A stretch of 64,000 nt of DNA, taken from Squalus acanthias. Lineage: Eukaryota. This document shows, one piece after another, positions 49,586-62,148 of this stretch. Within the stretch, counting starts at the first letter, position 1, and each line of letters opens with the position of its first letter. The notes below the pieces were generated by a model. That model saw only the letters and a list, made by a program, of their open reading frames with translations, did not search any database and was not told the DNA's origin. The translations under genes were made by a program, and so were the position numbers. The stretch spans positions 33,232,001-33,296,000 of the forward strand of contig CM059440.1 in the NCBI GenBank assembly GCA_030390025.1, given 5' to 3'.

Positions 49586-50792
49586 CTGTAAAATATAGGT
49601 CAGTGACATATTTACAAAACTATCTTTTCACCACAGGGAACTGAGCTTAAATCTAGTTTAGACAGAGACCGGAGTCGCCTTTGCCGGAGGACTAATGTGG
49701 AATTGAGACTGGACAGTCGTAATTTAGTTTCTAATAATAAGGCTGATGCCTGGTGTCAAAGAGATGTGTTAGGAGGTAATCACTGGAGGAACTTGGGACT
49801 TTTGGATTTCAGAATAACAGAACAACTCACAGAAGAATAGTAAACGGTAAAGAAAAGATAAATCCAAAAGACCTCTTCAAGTTAAAGCATTACAGTGGGA
49901 TGAAGATATATGGGATCAAACTGCTGAAAGGCAAATTTAGGACTGATGTCAGGAAGCTCTACTTATCGTGAGGTTAGGAATGTGTAGAAGGGGCTTCCAG
50001 GTAGGGTAAGGAGGCTAAAAACCGGAATCAATTGGGAAACAGATGGAATTCTGTGTATGGAGGAGTGGAGATGTGTTCTGGATCGATGAGCTAAAATGGA
50101 GGAGAGGGTATAGTTATGAGGAGAGAATGAAAGACTCGTGGGGTAGAATTTCAGGGGGAGAGGAGGGGTGGTGGTGGAGGGGGGCGGTTTCCATCTCCGA
50201 ACCTCATCTGCCACGTGTCCGCCCATTTCACCAGCCTGTCTATGCCCTCTTGCAGTCTATCACTATCCTCCTCACTGTTCACTACACATCAGCAGAAGCC
50301 CCAGAGAGATGGTGCGATTGGCTGCTTACGCCATTTCTCTGCGGTTTCCGCCAATCTTCTGCCGGAGGTACGGTGGATGATGGGGAGAACGCTCCGGGAA
50401 ATTACTTGTGCAGGGAAGGTTAAGGGGGAATCAACAGAACTGTTGAAAGTTATGGAAGGGTTTGAGAGGATAAATGGCAAAAAGACTGTTTCCTCTGGTG
50501 GTGAATTAGTTACAAGGGGGCGTGGGCTCAGGATTAGTACTGGAAGCATAAAAGTGGGAGGTGAAAAAGATTTTGCCATTGCTGAGTCTGGTTAGCAAGT
50601 TTGCTTTAATCAGAAATCAACAATATCAGTAGAATAATATCTAGACAGTCTTCTCTATTATGCACCCGGCAATAAAGTTAAACCCAGCTGCCTCAATAAA
50701 AGTAAAGGCACTGCTGGGTGGATTACTGATTCAGGCAGACCAGAGAATTCCAAGCTTTGATCCCTGGTCTGTGCTGAGTTAGCTGGTTTGAT

Positions 50793-51575
50793 AGGAACCT
50801 AGGAACAGGAGGAGGCCATTCAGCCCCTTGAGCCTGTTCCGCCATTCAATGAGATCATGGCTGATCTGCACCCTATCTCCATATACCCGCCTTTGCCCCA
50901 CATCCCTTAATACCTTTGGTTAACAAAAATCTATCAATCACAGATTTAAAATTAACAATTGCCCTCACATCAATTGCTGTTTGCGGAAGAGAGTTTCAAA
51001 CTTCTATAACCTTTTGTGTGTAGAGGCGTTTGCTAATTTCACTTCTGAAAGGCCTGGATCTAACGTTTAGGCTATGTCCTCTAGTCCTAGACTCCCCAAC
51101 CAGCGGGAGTAGTTTCTCTCTATCTACCCTATCTGTGCCCTTAAACATAGAAACATAGAAAAATAGGAGCAGGAGTAGGCCATTCGGCCCTTCGAGCCTG
51201 CTCCGCCATTCAATATGACCATGGCTGATCCTCTATCTCAATACCATATTCCCGCTCTCTCCCCATACCCCTTGATGCCTTTTGTGTCTAGAAATCTATC
51301 TATCTCCTTCTTAAATATATTCAGTGACTTGGCCTCCACAGCCTTCTGTGGTAGAGAATTCCACAGGTTCACCACCCTCTGAGTGAATATCTTGAAAACT
51401 TCGATCAAATCACCCCTTAACATTCCAGGGAATACAACACTAGTTTGTGTAATCTCTCCTTGTAATTTAACCCTTGGAGTCCAGGTACCATTTCTGGTAA
51501 ATCTACGCTGCGCTCCCTCCAAGGCCAGTATATCCCTTCCTAAGATGTGGTGCCCAGAATCGAACACAGTCCTCC
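50793..51575 (-). mobile_element. CR1 3' fragment with a second CR1 3' end nested at ~51144-51385
   Basis: Two CR1 tails (ggccattcagcccc / ggccattcggcccttcgagcc); the inner piece closely matches 26213-26447. Confidence 0.85.
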
Positions 51576-52982
51576 AGGTGATTTTCATCTCCTCGGCCGG
51601 GCGGGAACGGGATGGTAGCGCGGTTAAAATAGCACCACAATATTCACCGGCCTATTCCCGCTGACCTGTGGGTCTCTGCCGTTTTGATTGGGGCCTTCAA
51701 ATGGGCAGCCCAGCCGCTGACTGGAAACAGCGGGCGCATCATTAGACTATGGAGATTAGGGTCCTAGACGTCAACAGGACCACGATGCTGTTTTGAAGTA
51801 TCAATAAGCGGATCATGCACTGTGCACGCTCCATTGAGTAGCCTAACCAGCGGCCCTTAGAGGGATCACTGCAGGCCACTCAGAAAAAGGAGAAAAACAG
51901 GTTTGTAAAAGAGCATTAACGGTCCTCAGGGCCCCACAAAATCGATCCACGTGATGCCCGGCCCTCAACAGCCCTCCTCGGGGTAACCTTTTTCATATTC
52001 CTGGACTGGCTGGGTTCTGCCTTGGAGCCACTAGATTTTCAGCCCCCTCCAATATGCGAGCTGCTCAAAAATGCACGAGCAGCTTCATAGCAGAATGATA
52101 ATGTGGCCTGGCCCTGAAAATGGTTCACCAGGTGGGAGACGGGCTTGCTCAGGCCGCCTCCCACTCAATGCAGACAGTCACACAGAAATTCACCCCGACG
52201 GGTTCACATCCTGGACAGGGGCTTATTCCCGAACTCGGAGTCAAGGGTGCGACTAATTGAGCCAATCTCATATTTGCTCCACTACATCTCGCCTCAGTCC
52301 CATTGAACTATAACAACAACAACTTGTATTTATATAGTGCCCGCAACATAGTAAAACATCCAAAGGCGCTTCACAAGAGTATTATAAGACAGAAGAGGGG
52401 GGAAAAAACAGGCTTGGTTCTCACTCCGGATGGCTATCTCGTGACTTGTGCTGGAAAGTTCATATGTGGAGAGTGAGTAAGCTGTGATACCCCCCCACTC
52501 CACGATCAAATAGTTTGCGAGCACTCTGCTGGGGTACAAAGCTGGGTGGGAACGTAAGTTGTGAGGAGGATGCAAGGAGGCTTCAAGGGGATATAGACAG
52601 GCTAAGTGAGTGGGCAAGAACATGGCAAATGGAATATAATGTGGAGAAATGTGAAGTTATCCACTTTGGTCAGAAAAATAGAAAAGCAGAGTATTTTTTA
52701 AGTGGTGAGAGATTGGGAAATGTTGGTGTTCAGAGGGACCTGGGTGTCCTTGTACACGAATCACTGAAAGTTAACATGCAGGTACAGCAAGCAATTAGGA
52801 AATCAAATGGTGTGTTGGCCTTTATTACAAGAGGATTTGAGTATAAGAGTAAAGACGTCTTGATGCAATTATATAGGGCCCTGGTGAGACCACACCTGGA
52901 GTATTGTGTACAGTTTTGGTCTCCTTACCTAAGGAAGGATATACTTGCCATAGAGGGAGTGCAAAAAAGGTTCAACAGACTG

Positions 52983-54861
52983 TGTGAAGGAATAAGCCAT
53001 ATAACCTATTTAGAAAAATACACTATCTTATGAAAGAATTCTGGCCTTATTAAAACATGACAAACTGGGTTTGGAAATTTAGAAACCTAACTATGAAATA
53101 GCTATGAAAGAATTCTGGCTATTGAGATAAGACAGTTGTTGACCCTGAATAAATAACCTTATTGAAACAGAAGGTGCATGGCTCCAACAGGCTGACCTTT
53201 GGGAACAAAAACAATGGTTCACCCTGGATTAAGGTGTTTTAATTTAAACTTCGGAAAGATGGCACATAAGATAAGGAACATCTGCCCTCATAAAGATGAC
53301 ATAAAATAAGGGACACCTGCCCTTCACACCGTTTTATATGGTTAACCCAGAACACCTAGAGAAAGACAAGGGGCTGGATTTTACCAGCCCTGAGGAGGTG
53401 GGTATGGAGGTGGGACTGCCAGGAAAGTGGCAGAATTTGGGGGCGGGTGGCAAACCTACCTCCAACCCGCCTCCGTGCTCTTAGGCAGAAAATAGGATTA
53501 TCCCCATTTTTCGTGCTGAAGTGTGGGCTCCCGACCTGGGGGAACCCCACCGGGGTGTAGAAGGTGAGTAGGAGGTCTGCGGGGGTCGGAGGAGTCTGAA
53601 AGTGCGATGTAGAGGTGAGTGATGGGTGCAAGTGTGGAGTGGTAAGTATGTGAGGTGAGTGTAATGTGTTAGAAAATGTTACCTTACCTTTGTTTCTACC
53701 TACAGCCTTCAGCCCCTGTGGAGCCGGAGTCCCCGACATCTCCATTGTGGAGATCACAGACTGGCTGTTGCATCCTCCGATACAACAGCCAGCTGATTTC
53801 TGCAAAGTAGAAAGGTTTGATGAGTCCAGAACACAAGGGCCCATCAAACTACACAGAGCTGTCAAACGATGATATTTCTTCTTTCAAAAATTCTTGACAG
53901 ATGACACGTCATATGTTGACATGCTCTGTCACTGACTTCCCCCTAATTGACCTGCTGAGCCCGCCGGGCGGGCTTAACAAGGTCAATCAGGGGAAAATCC
54001 CGCTGGTTGGCCAGAAGCTGATGGAGGCAGGACTGAAACCCGGTGAGCAGCAATCCCGCCTCCAACATATCTCCATTCATAAAATCCAGCCCAATATTCT
54101 GGAATATTACAAGCTGATGTAACAGTAAGAATTGCAGAGGTCATCAGAAAGATGAATAGGGATAATTAACTTGCATCAGCAGAAAACCTTAAAGGAAATA
54201 CAACTGAAAAGGGTATAAATATTGAAGCCTCAAATGGGATATCATAATCGCTTTAATTGGGCAAAGCGATTCTCGGCTACAGAGGCAGCTCTGTCGTCTA
54301 CCACTCTTTGTACCTCGGGGATCAAAGGTATTTGATATTGATGGATATCCTGTATAGAAAACTTTAAGAACTGTAATACTGTAGCGAAGTTAAGATTTAA
54401 AAGTAAGATTCTCTGTTAATAATAAGATAGTATTCTTTCTCTTTTTAGAACTGTTAAAGTTGCGATTGATTGATGCACCAACTGTAAATTGCATGTCGGT
54501 TCTTTAATAAATCTCTATATATTTTTAGAATTGTCTCACATAAGTCTTCTGTATCAATAACTCGCGAACTCAATCTCTGTACACACTTTGGTGAAGAGTG
54601 ACAGAATTCTGAAGGAGTTCGCCGGACCCTCATAATATCCGGGACGTTACAGTCTGGCTAAACTTATTAAAAGTGCTATCTGGAGGACGGTAACATTATC
54701 GGGTTGTTCCTTTCCTTTAGGGAGAGATAGCCCGGACTTTTAGACCCAATTAAGCGTCTTTAGGATTCAGCTACCTCAAACTTAGTTGAAAGTGAACTTC
54801 TGAGAAATACGCCTGATCCGGGATAGCCCCAAAGGGGCTAGGACTAGTAAAAATCCTTTCA
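52983..54861 (+). mobile_element. Solo LTR of an ERV or LTR retrotransposon (~1.15 kb without the nested MITE)
   Basis: TG...CA termini; 4-bp TSD ACTG (52979-52982, 54862-54865); direct repeat TATGAAAGAATTCTGGC x2; TATAAA at 54214; AATAAA at 54506. Confidence 0.85.
53371..54092. mobile_element. Harbinger MITE nested in the LTR
   Basis: TIRs GGGCTGGATTTTA / TAAAATCCAGCCC; flanks AAG/AAT. Confidence 0.88.
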
Positions 54862-56084
54862 ACTGGTTCCTGGGATGGGGGGATTGTCCTATGATGAGAT
54901 ATTGAGTAGACTAGGCCTATATTCTCCAGAGTTTACAAGAATGAGAGGTGATCTCATTGAAACATACAAAATTATTACAGGGCTTGACAGGGTAGATGCA
55001 GGGAGGATGCTTCCCCCGGCTGGGGAGTCTAGAACCAGGGGCCACAGTCTCAGAATAAGGGGAAGGTCTTTTAGGACTGAGATGAGGAGAAATTTCTTCA
55101 CTCAGAGGGTGGTGAATCTTTGGAATTCTCTACCACAGAGGGCTGTGGATGCTCAGTAGTTGACTATATTCAAGACAGAGATCGATAGATTTTTGAATAT
55201 TAAGGGAATCAAGGGATATGGGGATAGTGCAGGAAAGTGGAGATGAGGTAGATGATCAGCCATGATCTTATTGAATGGTGGAGCAGGCTCGAAGGGCCAA
55301 ATGGCCTACTCCTGCTCCTGTTTCTTATGTTCTTATGTTCACACATGAAAAATGGTCTCTCGGGTGAGGTAATGGTGGATGACTGATACCTGTGAAACCA
55401 AACCCTAGAGTCAACGGATTTGATTTCCATTGTTACTGTCGGGGCATTAAGGATCTCCTGGATGGAACACAAGGTGTAAAATCAGACAGGAAGGATCACA
55501 CACCCGTAGCAAAGCCTGTCCAATTTTTCTTCCATTCATTTAAAAAATGTGATGAGCTCTGTTACAGGTAGGTGAACTCCCCACTTTATTTTCCTCTCTG
55601 GTGTGTCAGTCAGGTGATGTTTAACGCTCGGGCCTTGAGGATGAAAATCTACCCCAATGTTTTCAGGAGAGGAGGGAAACAATTGCCAGACCTTTAACCT
55701 ATATTAGAAAATGCGATTAACTGTACACCGTCAAGCCAGATTTCACTGTTTGCCCGCCTCCTAATCACGTCAGAAATCACAGATACATTGCCAAAGGTTT
55801 TCCAATATATGCTGGTGGCACATAGCCACAAGAGTGCATTTTGCCCCTGGTCCCAAGTTAATTACCAGCACGGAAAAATAAGGCCCCAAGAGATTCATGT
55901 TGAATGAAAAATCTCTGTGTAATCATGCATTGTGTTTAGGAGAAGCTACGTATAAATAGCAATGAATTTACATTTAAAAGGATCAATAAATTTGCTATTA
56001 ATAATTTTGTTTTGTTTCATTATTCTGTAAATAAAAGAAGCCTGTCACTTGACCTTTGTATTGCACTGTAATTTAATGCATTAT

Positions 56085-57690
56085 CATAGAATCAGAGAAT
56101 GGTTACAGCACGGAAGAAGGCCATTCGGCCCATCGAGCCCGTGCCAACTCTCTGCAAGAGCACCTCAGCTAATCCCGCTCCCCCGCCCTTTCCCCGTAGC
56201 CTTACAAATTTTTTTCCTTCAGATACTTATCCAACTCCCTTTTGAAAGCCGTGATTGAGTCTGCCTCCACCGCCCTTTCAGGCAGTGCATTCCAGATTCT
56301 AACCACTCGCTGCGTAAAAAAGTTTTTCCTCATGTCGCCTTTGATTCTTTAACACTCACCTTAAATCTGTGTCCTCTGGTTCGCGACCCTTCTGCCAATG
56401 GGAACAGTTTCTCTCTATCTACTCTGTCCAGACCCCTCATGATTTTGAACATCTCGATCAAAACTCCTCTCAACCTTCTCTGCTCCAAGGAGAACAACCC
56501 CAGCTTCTCCAGTCTATCAACGTAACTGAAGTCCCTCATTCCTGGAATCATTCTCGTAAATCTTTTCTGCACCTTCTCTAAGGCCTTCACATCCTTCCTA
56601 AAGTGTGGTGCCCAGAATTGGACACAGTACTCCAGTTGGGGCCGAACCAGTGTTTTATACAGGTTCATCATAATTTCCACACTTTTGTCCTATACCTCTA
56701 TTTATGAAGCCCAGGATCCCGTAACCTTTTTAACTGCTTTCTCAACCTGCCCTGCCACCTTCAACGATTTGTGCACATATACCCCTAGGTCTCTCTGTTT
56801 GTGCACCCCCTTCAGGATTGTACCATTTAGTTTATATATCCTCTTCTCATTCTTTCTACCAAAATGTATCACTTCGCACTTTTCCGCATTAAATTTAATC
56901 TGCCACGTGTCCGCCCATTTCACCAGCCTGTCTATCTCTTCCTGAAGTCTATCACTCTCCTCCTCACTCTTCACTATACTTATAAGTTTTGTGTCATCTG
57001 CAAATTTTGAAATTGTGTCCTGTACACCCACGTCCAAGTCATTAATATATATCAAGAAAAGCAATGGTCCTAGAACAGACCCCTGGGGAACACCACTGTA
57101 TACCTTCCTCCAGTCCGAAAAACAACCGTTCACCACTACTCTCTGTTTCCTGTCACTTAGCCAATTTCGTATCCATGCTGCCACTGTCCCTTTTATTCCA
57201 TGGGCTTGAACTTTGCTGGCAAGCCTATTATGTGGCACTTTGTCGAATGCCTTTTGGAAATCCATGTACACTACGTCAACCGCATTACCCTCTAAAAGCC
57301 CGCTCAGTTACCTCATCAAAAAACTCAATAAAGTTGGTTAAACTCGATTTGCCTTTAACAAATCCGTGCTGGCTTTCCTTAATGAATCCACACCTATCCA
57401 AGTGACTGTTAATTTTGTCCCTGATTACTGTTTCTAAAAGCTTCCCCACTACCGAGGTTAAACTGACTGGCCTGTAGTTGCTGGGTTTATCTTTACACCC
57501 TTTTTTGAACAATGGTGTAACATTTGCAGTTCTCCAGTCCTCTGGCATCACCCCCGTATCTATGGAGGATTGGAAGATTATGGCCAGTACCTCCGCGATT
57601 TCCACCCTCAATTCCCTCAGCATCCTAGGATGCATCCCATCCGCTCCTAGTGATTTATCTACTTTAAGTACAGCCAGCCTTTTTAATACC
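56085..57690 (-). mobile_element. CR1 LINE 3' part (reverse transcriptase), frameshifted
   Basis: NYRPVSLTSVVGKLLE, QHGF, DFQKAFDKVPH, GVPQGSVLGPLLF, KFADDTK. Confidence 0.95.
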
Positions 57691-58039
57691 AAGATGCAAC
57701 CAAGGTACTTAGCCTGATAAAGGAGAGCTTTCCATTTCTTTATTTGAATATTTAATTTTATAATTTAAATAGCTAAGAATGATCCATTAAAGTGACAGGA
57801 TTGTATTTCTTTTCATTGGCTCAGAAGGGTCAATTTACGTCTGATAATGCAATCTATATCACGAGATAGATATAGATGAGATATCCTTTCATCCCAATAT
57901 AGCTCATCAAGCTACCAAGGTTTATGTCTCCATTTCCTGACGCAGAAATTCATTTCATGTGTTGAGAATTACATTACTCTCCTTCACATATCTCCACTTT
58001 ATTTAAAATAAAAACAGAAAATGCTGGAAATTCTGTTCC

Positions 58040-58725
58040 CCCCTCCTCTTCCTCGTCTATATGGAGCCCCTTTGTGACATGATTCATAGACCTTGGGTTA
58101 GCTTCCACATGCATGCTGGAGACACCCAGGTCTACTTCTCCACCTCCTCTCTTAACCCCTCCACTGCCTCGGTGTTGTCAGACTGCTTGTCCAATTTGCT
58201 GCCGTGGATGTGTCATAAATTCCTCCAGCTAAACATTGAGAGAAGGCTGAAACCATTGCCTTTGACCCTTGCCACTGAATCCATCCTAGTCAGGCTGAAC
58301 CAGACTCTTCACAATCTTGGTTGACCCTGAGCTGGGTTTCTGACCCCATGTACTCTCCATCACAAAGTCCGCCTACCTCCGCCTCCATAACATTGCACGC
58401 CTGCACCCAGCTTCATCCCATCTTCTACTGAGAACCTCAACCTTGCCTTTGTTGTCTCCAGATTTGACTATTCCAATGCTCTCCTGGCTGGCCTCCCATC
58501 ATTCACCATCAGTAAACTTCAGCCCATCCAAACCTCTGCTGCCCGTATCCTATCCTGCATCAGGTCGCGCTCACCTATCACCTCTTGCTGACCTACATTG
58601 GTCCACAAACGCCTCAAATTCAAAAATTCTCATTCTCACGTTTAAATCCTTTCATGGTCTAACCCATTCCCTATCTCTGTAACTGCCTCCAACCCTACAA
58701 ACCCCAACACATTCTCTGTTCCTCT
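58040..58725 (+). mobile_element. Old L2 LINE fragment
   Basis: FHMHAGDTQVY (degenerate YADDTQ); ttgtctccagatttgactattccaatgctctcctggctggcctccc (SRFDYSNALLAGLP). Confidence 0.75.
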
Positions 58726-58808
58726 AAGTTGCAGAATGGGCGTGTAAATGGCAAATTAATTTCAGTATAGATAAGTGTGAGATGGTGCATTTTGGTAGAA
58801 GGAATAAG

Positions 58809-59699
58809 GGGGGAGAAATTCAGTATCGTCCCATTTGGGGCGCAATTATCGGCCGGGCGCAAAGATTAGCGCCTGGCGCAAATTATCGCCACCGACTGCA
58901 AACTTGACTTTTATCGCCCCTGGAGGTGATTGGAGCGCTAAATCAGGCGCTGCACACCTGTCTTAAGGCACAAAGGCCGAGGAGCGAGGCGCTACCTCAG
59001 AGCGCTGGCGAAGCTCATGTAATGTCAGTCAGCAATGGAACACACACACAATGGCACGGGCCAGTTCTTAAAGGGGATGGTTAATCTTGCTTTCCATCCA
59101 CATCCTGCTCATTGCAGCCTTGAATCTCGGCCTGGAGAGACCTGCACATCAAATCTGCTGGAAAGAACAATGGAGAGTACCAGGCAAAGAGCTCAGAGTG
59201 CAGCCCCCACAGTCTTTTCTAAATCGATACAAGGAATGGCAAATCAAAATGAACCTGCAAAGTGCTGCTCAGTACCCAAAACTCCTTCACACAACGTTGA
59301 ATCTCTCCAGAAGTCTCTCTCTCTCTCTCAGAATGCGTAGTTCAAAAATGGAACCAACAATAAAAGGCAGGAAGCGGTCACCTTTAAATAGCGCTCCCCC
59401 TTTCCCTTCATGACTGCAGAACACTCCCCTCAACCTGTCATTGCTAGCATCAGGCGGTAAGGCAGGGGGCGCCACTCAATATCCGCACTGGGGCGATACC
59501 GGGGCGTTGCGCACTCGACTGACGTCACGATCTGCCGGCGCAGGAGATCGTGGCGGTAGTGTTTAGCGCCGCCGCAAAATCTCTAGTTAATTTCGCGAGC
59601 GGCGCAAACTTCGCCGCGCCTGGGCGCTAGATGCTTTGCGCCCCATTAGCGCCCTCTTAAGGCGCTAACGGGAGGCGCAACCAACTGAATTTTTCCCCC
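58809..59699. mobile_element. Second copy of the 42566-43459 Harbinger MITE
   Basis: TIRs GGGGGAGAAATTCAGT / ACTGAATTTTTCCCCC; TSD AAG; colinear end to end with copy 1. Confidence 0.95.
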
Positions 59700-60027
59700 A
59701 AGGAGCCCACATACTCCTTGGAAAATAAGAGTCTAGGAGCACAGATTCTCAAATCATTAAAAGGAGCAATGCAATTACAAAGCAAACAAAGCACTGGAGG
59801 AATAGAATTGAAAAGCAGAGAAGTTCTGTTAAACTTGTATGGAACCTTGGTTAGACCACACTTGGAGTACTGTGCACAGTTCTGGTCTCCATGTTACAAA
59901 AAGGATATAGAGGCATTGGAGAAGATGTGAAAAAGATTTACAAGTATGATACCAAAACTGAAAGGTTCATGAGGAGAAAGAGGAAAAATGCCTTTTCCAC
60001 ATCAAAGGCAGTATATAGATGCAAGTT

Positions 60028-61370
60028 GCTCTCTCCCCCCCAGTCTCTCTCCCCCCCAGTCTCTCTCTCTCCCCCCATTGTCTCTCTCCCCCCAGTCTCT
60101 CTCCCCCCCAGTCTCTCTCTCTCCCCCCATTCTCTCTCTCCCCCCAGTCTCTCTCTCCCCCCAGTCCCTAACCCTCTCCCGTCTCTCTCTTTCTCTCTCC
60201 CCCGTCTCTCTCTCTCTCTCTCCCCGTCTCTCTCCCTCTGTCCCCCCCGGCTCTCTCTCTCTCTCCCCCCGTCTCTCTTTCTCACTCCCCCCAGTCTCTC
60301 TCTCTCTCTCCCCCCCAGTCTCTCTCTCTCTCTCCCCCCCAGTCTCTCNNNNNNNNNNNNNNNNNNNNNNNNNNNNNNNNNNNNNNNNNNNNNNNNNNNN
60401 NNNNNNNNNNNNNNNNNNNNNNNNNNNNNNNNNNNNNNNNNNNNNNNNNNNNNNNNNNNNNNNNNNNNNNNNNNNNNNNNNNNNNNNNNNNNNNNNNNNN
60501 NNNNNNNNNNNNNNNNNNNNNNNNNNNNNNNNNNNNNNNCCAGTCTCTCTCTCTCTCTCCCCCCAGTCTCTCTCCCTGCCCCGTCTCTCTCTCTCCCCCG
60601 TCTCTCTCTCTCTCTCTCTCCCCGTCTCTCTCTCTCTCCCCCCAGTCTCTCTCTCTCACTCCCCACAGTCTCTCTCTCTCTCTCCCCCCGTCTCTCTCTC
60701 TCTCTCACCCCCAGTCTCTCTCTCCCCCCAGTCTCTCTCTCTCTCTCCCCGTCTCTCTCTCTCTCTCCCCCCAGTCTCTCTCTCTCTCTCACCCTCAGTC
60801 TCTCTCTCACCCCCCAGTCTCTCTCTCTCTCCCCCCAGTCTCTCTCTCTCCCCCCCAGTCTCTCTCTCTCTCTCCCCCCCAGTCTCTCTCTCTCTCCCCC
60901 AGTCTCTCTTTCTCTCTCTCTCCCCCCAGTCTCTCTCTCTCCCCCCCAGTCTCTCTCTCTCCCCCCCAGTCTCTCTCTCTCTCTCCCCCCCAGTCTCTCT
61001 CTCTCCCCCCAGTCTCTCTCTCTCCCCCCCGTCTCTCTCTCTCTCTCTCCCCCAGTCTCTCTCTCTCCCCCCAGTCTCTCTCTCTCTCTCCCCCAGTCTC
61101 TCTCTCTCTCCCCCCAGTCTCTCTCTCTCTCTCTCCCCCCAGTCTCTCTCTCTATCCCCAGTCTCTCTCTCTCTCTCCCCCAGTCTCTCTCTCTCTCCCC
61201 CCAGTCTCTCTCTCTCCCCCCCAGTCTCTCTCTCTCTCTCTCCCCCAGTCTCTCTCTCTCTCCCCCCAGTCTCTCTCTCTCTGCCCCCAGTCTCTCTCTC
61301 TCTCCCCAAGTCTCTCTCTCTCTCTCTCCCTAGTCCCTCTCTCTCTCTCCCCCATCTCTCTCTCTTTCTG
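60028..61370. repeat. (CT)n/CCCCAGT compound microsatellite spanning an assembly gap (N, 60349-60539)
   Basis: Seen directly in the sequence. Confidence 0.97.
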
Positions 61371-61374
61371 CCTC

Positions 61375-62022
61375 GTGTCCTCGTGCAAGAAACACAGAAA
61401 GCTAGCATGCAGGTACAGCAAGCAATAAGGAAGGCGAATGGCATGTTGGCCTTTATTGCAAGTATAAGAGTAAGGAAGTCTTATTACAATTCTACAGGGC
61501 CTTGGTGAGACCGCACCTGGAGTAGTATGCACAGTTTTGGTCTCCTTATCTGAGGAAGGATATACTTGCCTTGAAGGCGGTGCAACAAAGGTTCACTAGA
61601 TTGATTCCTGGGATCAGAGGGCTGTCCTATGATGAGAGATTGTGTAGAATGGGCCTATACTCTCTGGAGTTTAGAAGAATGAGAGGTTGTTTCCCTGGCT
61701 GGAGTGTCCAGAACTAGGGGGCATAGTCTCAGGATAAGGGGTCGGCCATTTAAGACCGAGATGAGGAGGAATTTCTTCACTCAGAGGGTTGTGAATCTTT
61801 GGAATTCTCTACCCCAGAGGGCTGTGACTGCTGAGTCTGAGTATATTCAAGGCTGAGATAGATAGATTTTTGGACTGTATGGGAATCAAGGGATATGGAG
61901 ATTGGGCAGGAAAGTGGAGTTGAGGTCGATGATCAGCCATGATCTTACTGAATGGCGGAGCAGGCTCGAGGGGCCGTATGGCCGACTCCTGCTCCTATTT
62001 CTTATGTTCTTATGTTCTTATG
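61375..62022 (+). mobile_element. CR1 3' fragment
   Basis: MQVQQAIRKANGMLAFIA...; (TTCTTATG)n tail. Confidence 0.9.
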
Positions 62023-62148
62023 TTATAACTATCAGGAAAGATTGAACAGGCTGGGGCTCTTTTCTCTAGAAAATAGAAGGGTGAGCGGTGACCAAATAGA
62101 GGCCTTTAAAATTTTGAAGGGGTTTGATAGGGTCGATGTAGAGAAGAT

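Larger units (their letters stand above)
52533..55338 (+). mobile_element. CR1 3' fragment split by a solo LTR
   Basis: Reading frame ...EGVQKRFNRL resumes as VPGMGGLSYDE after 54865; ends in a (TTCTTATG)n tail. Confidence 0.92.

Noticed and set aside
54588-54610. tRNA primer-binding site (TGGTGAAGAGTGACAG) after ...ACACA
   Set aside because: No convincing tRNA match, and the TSD-defined LTR end is at 54861.
59891-61508. Long SL/ER-repeat ORFs
   Set aside because: Translation of a CT microsatellite across an N gap.
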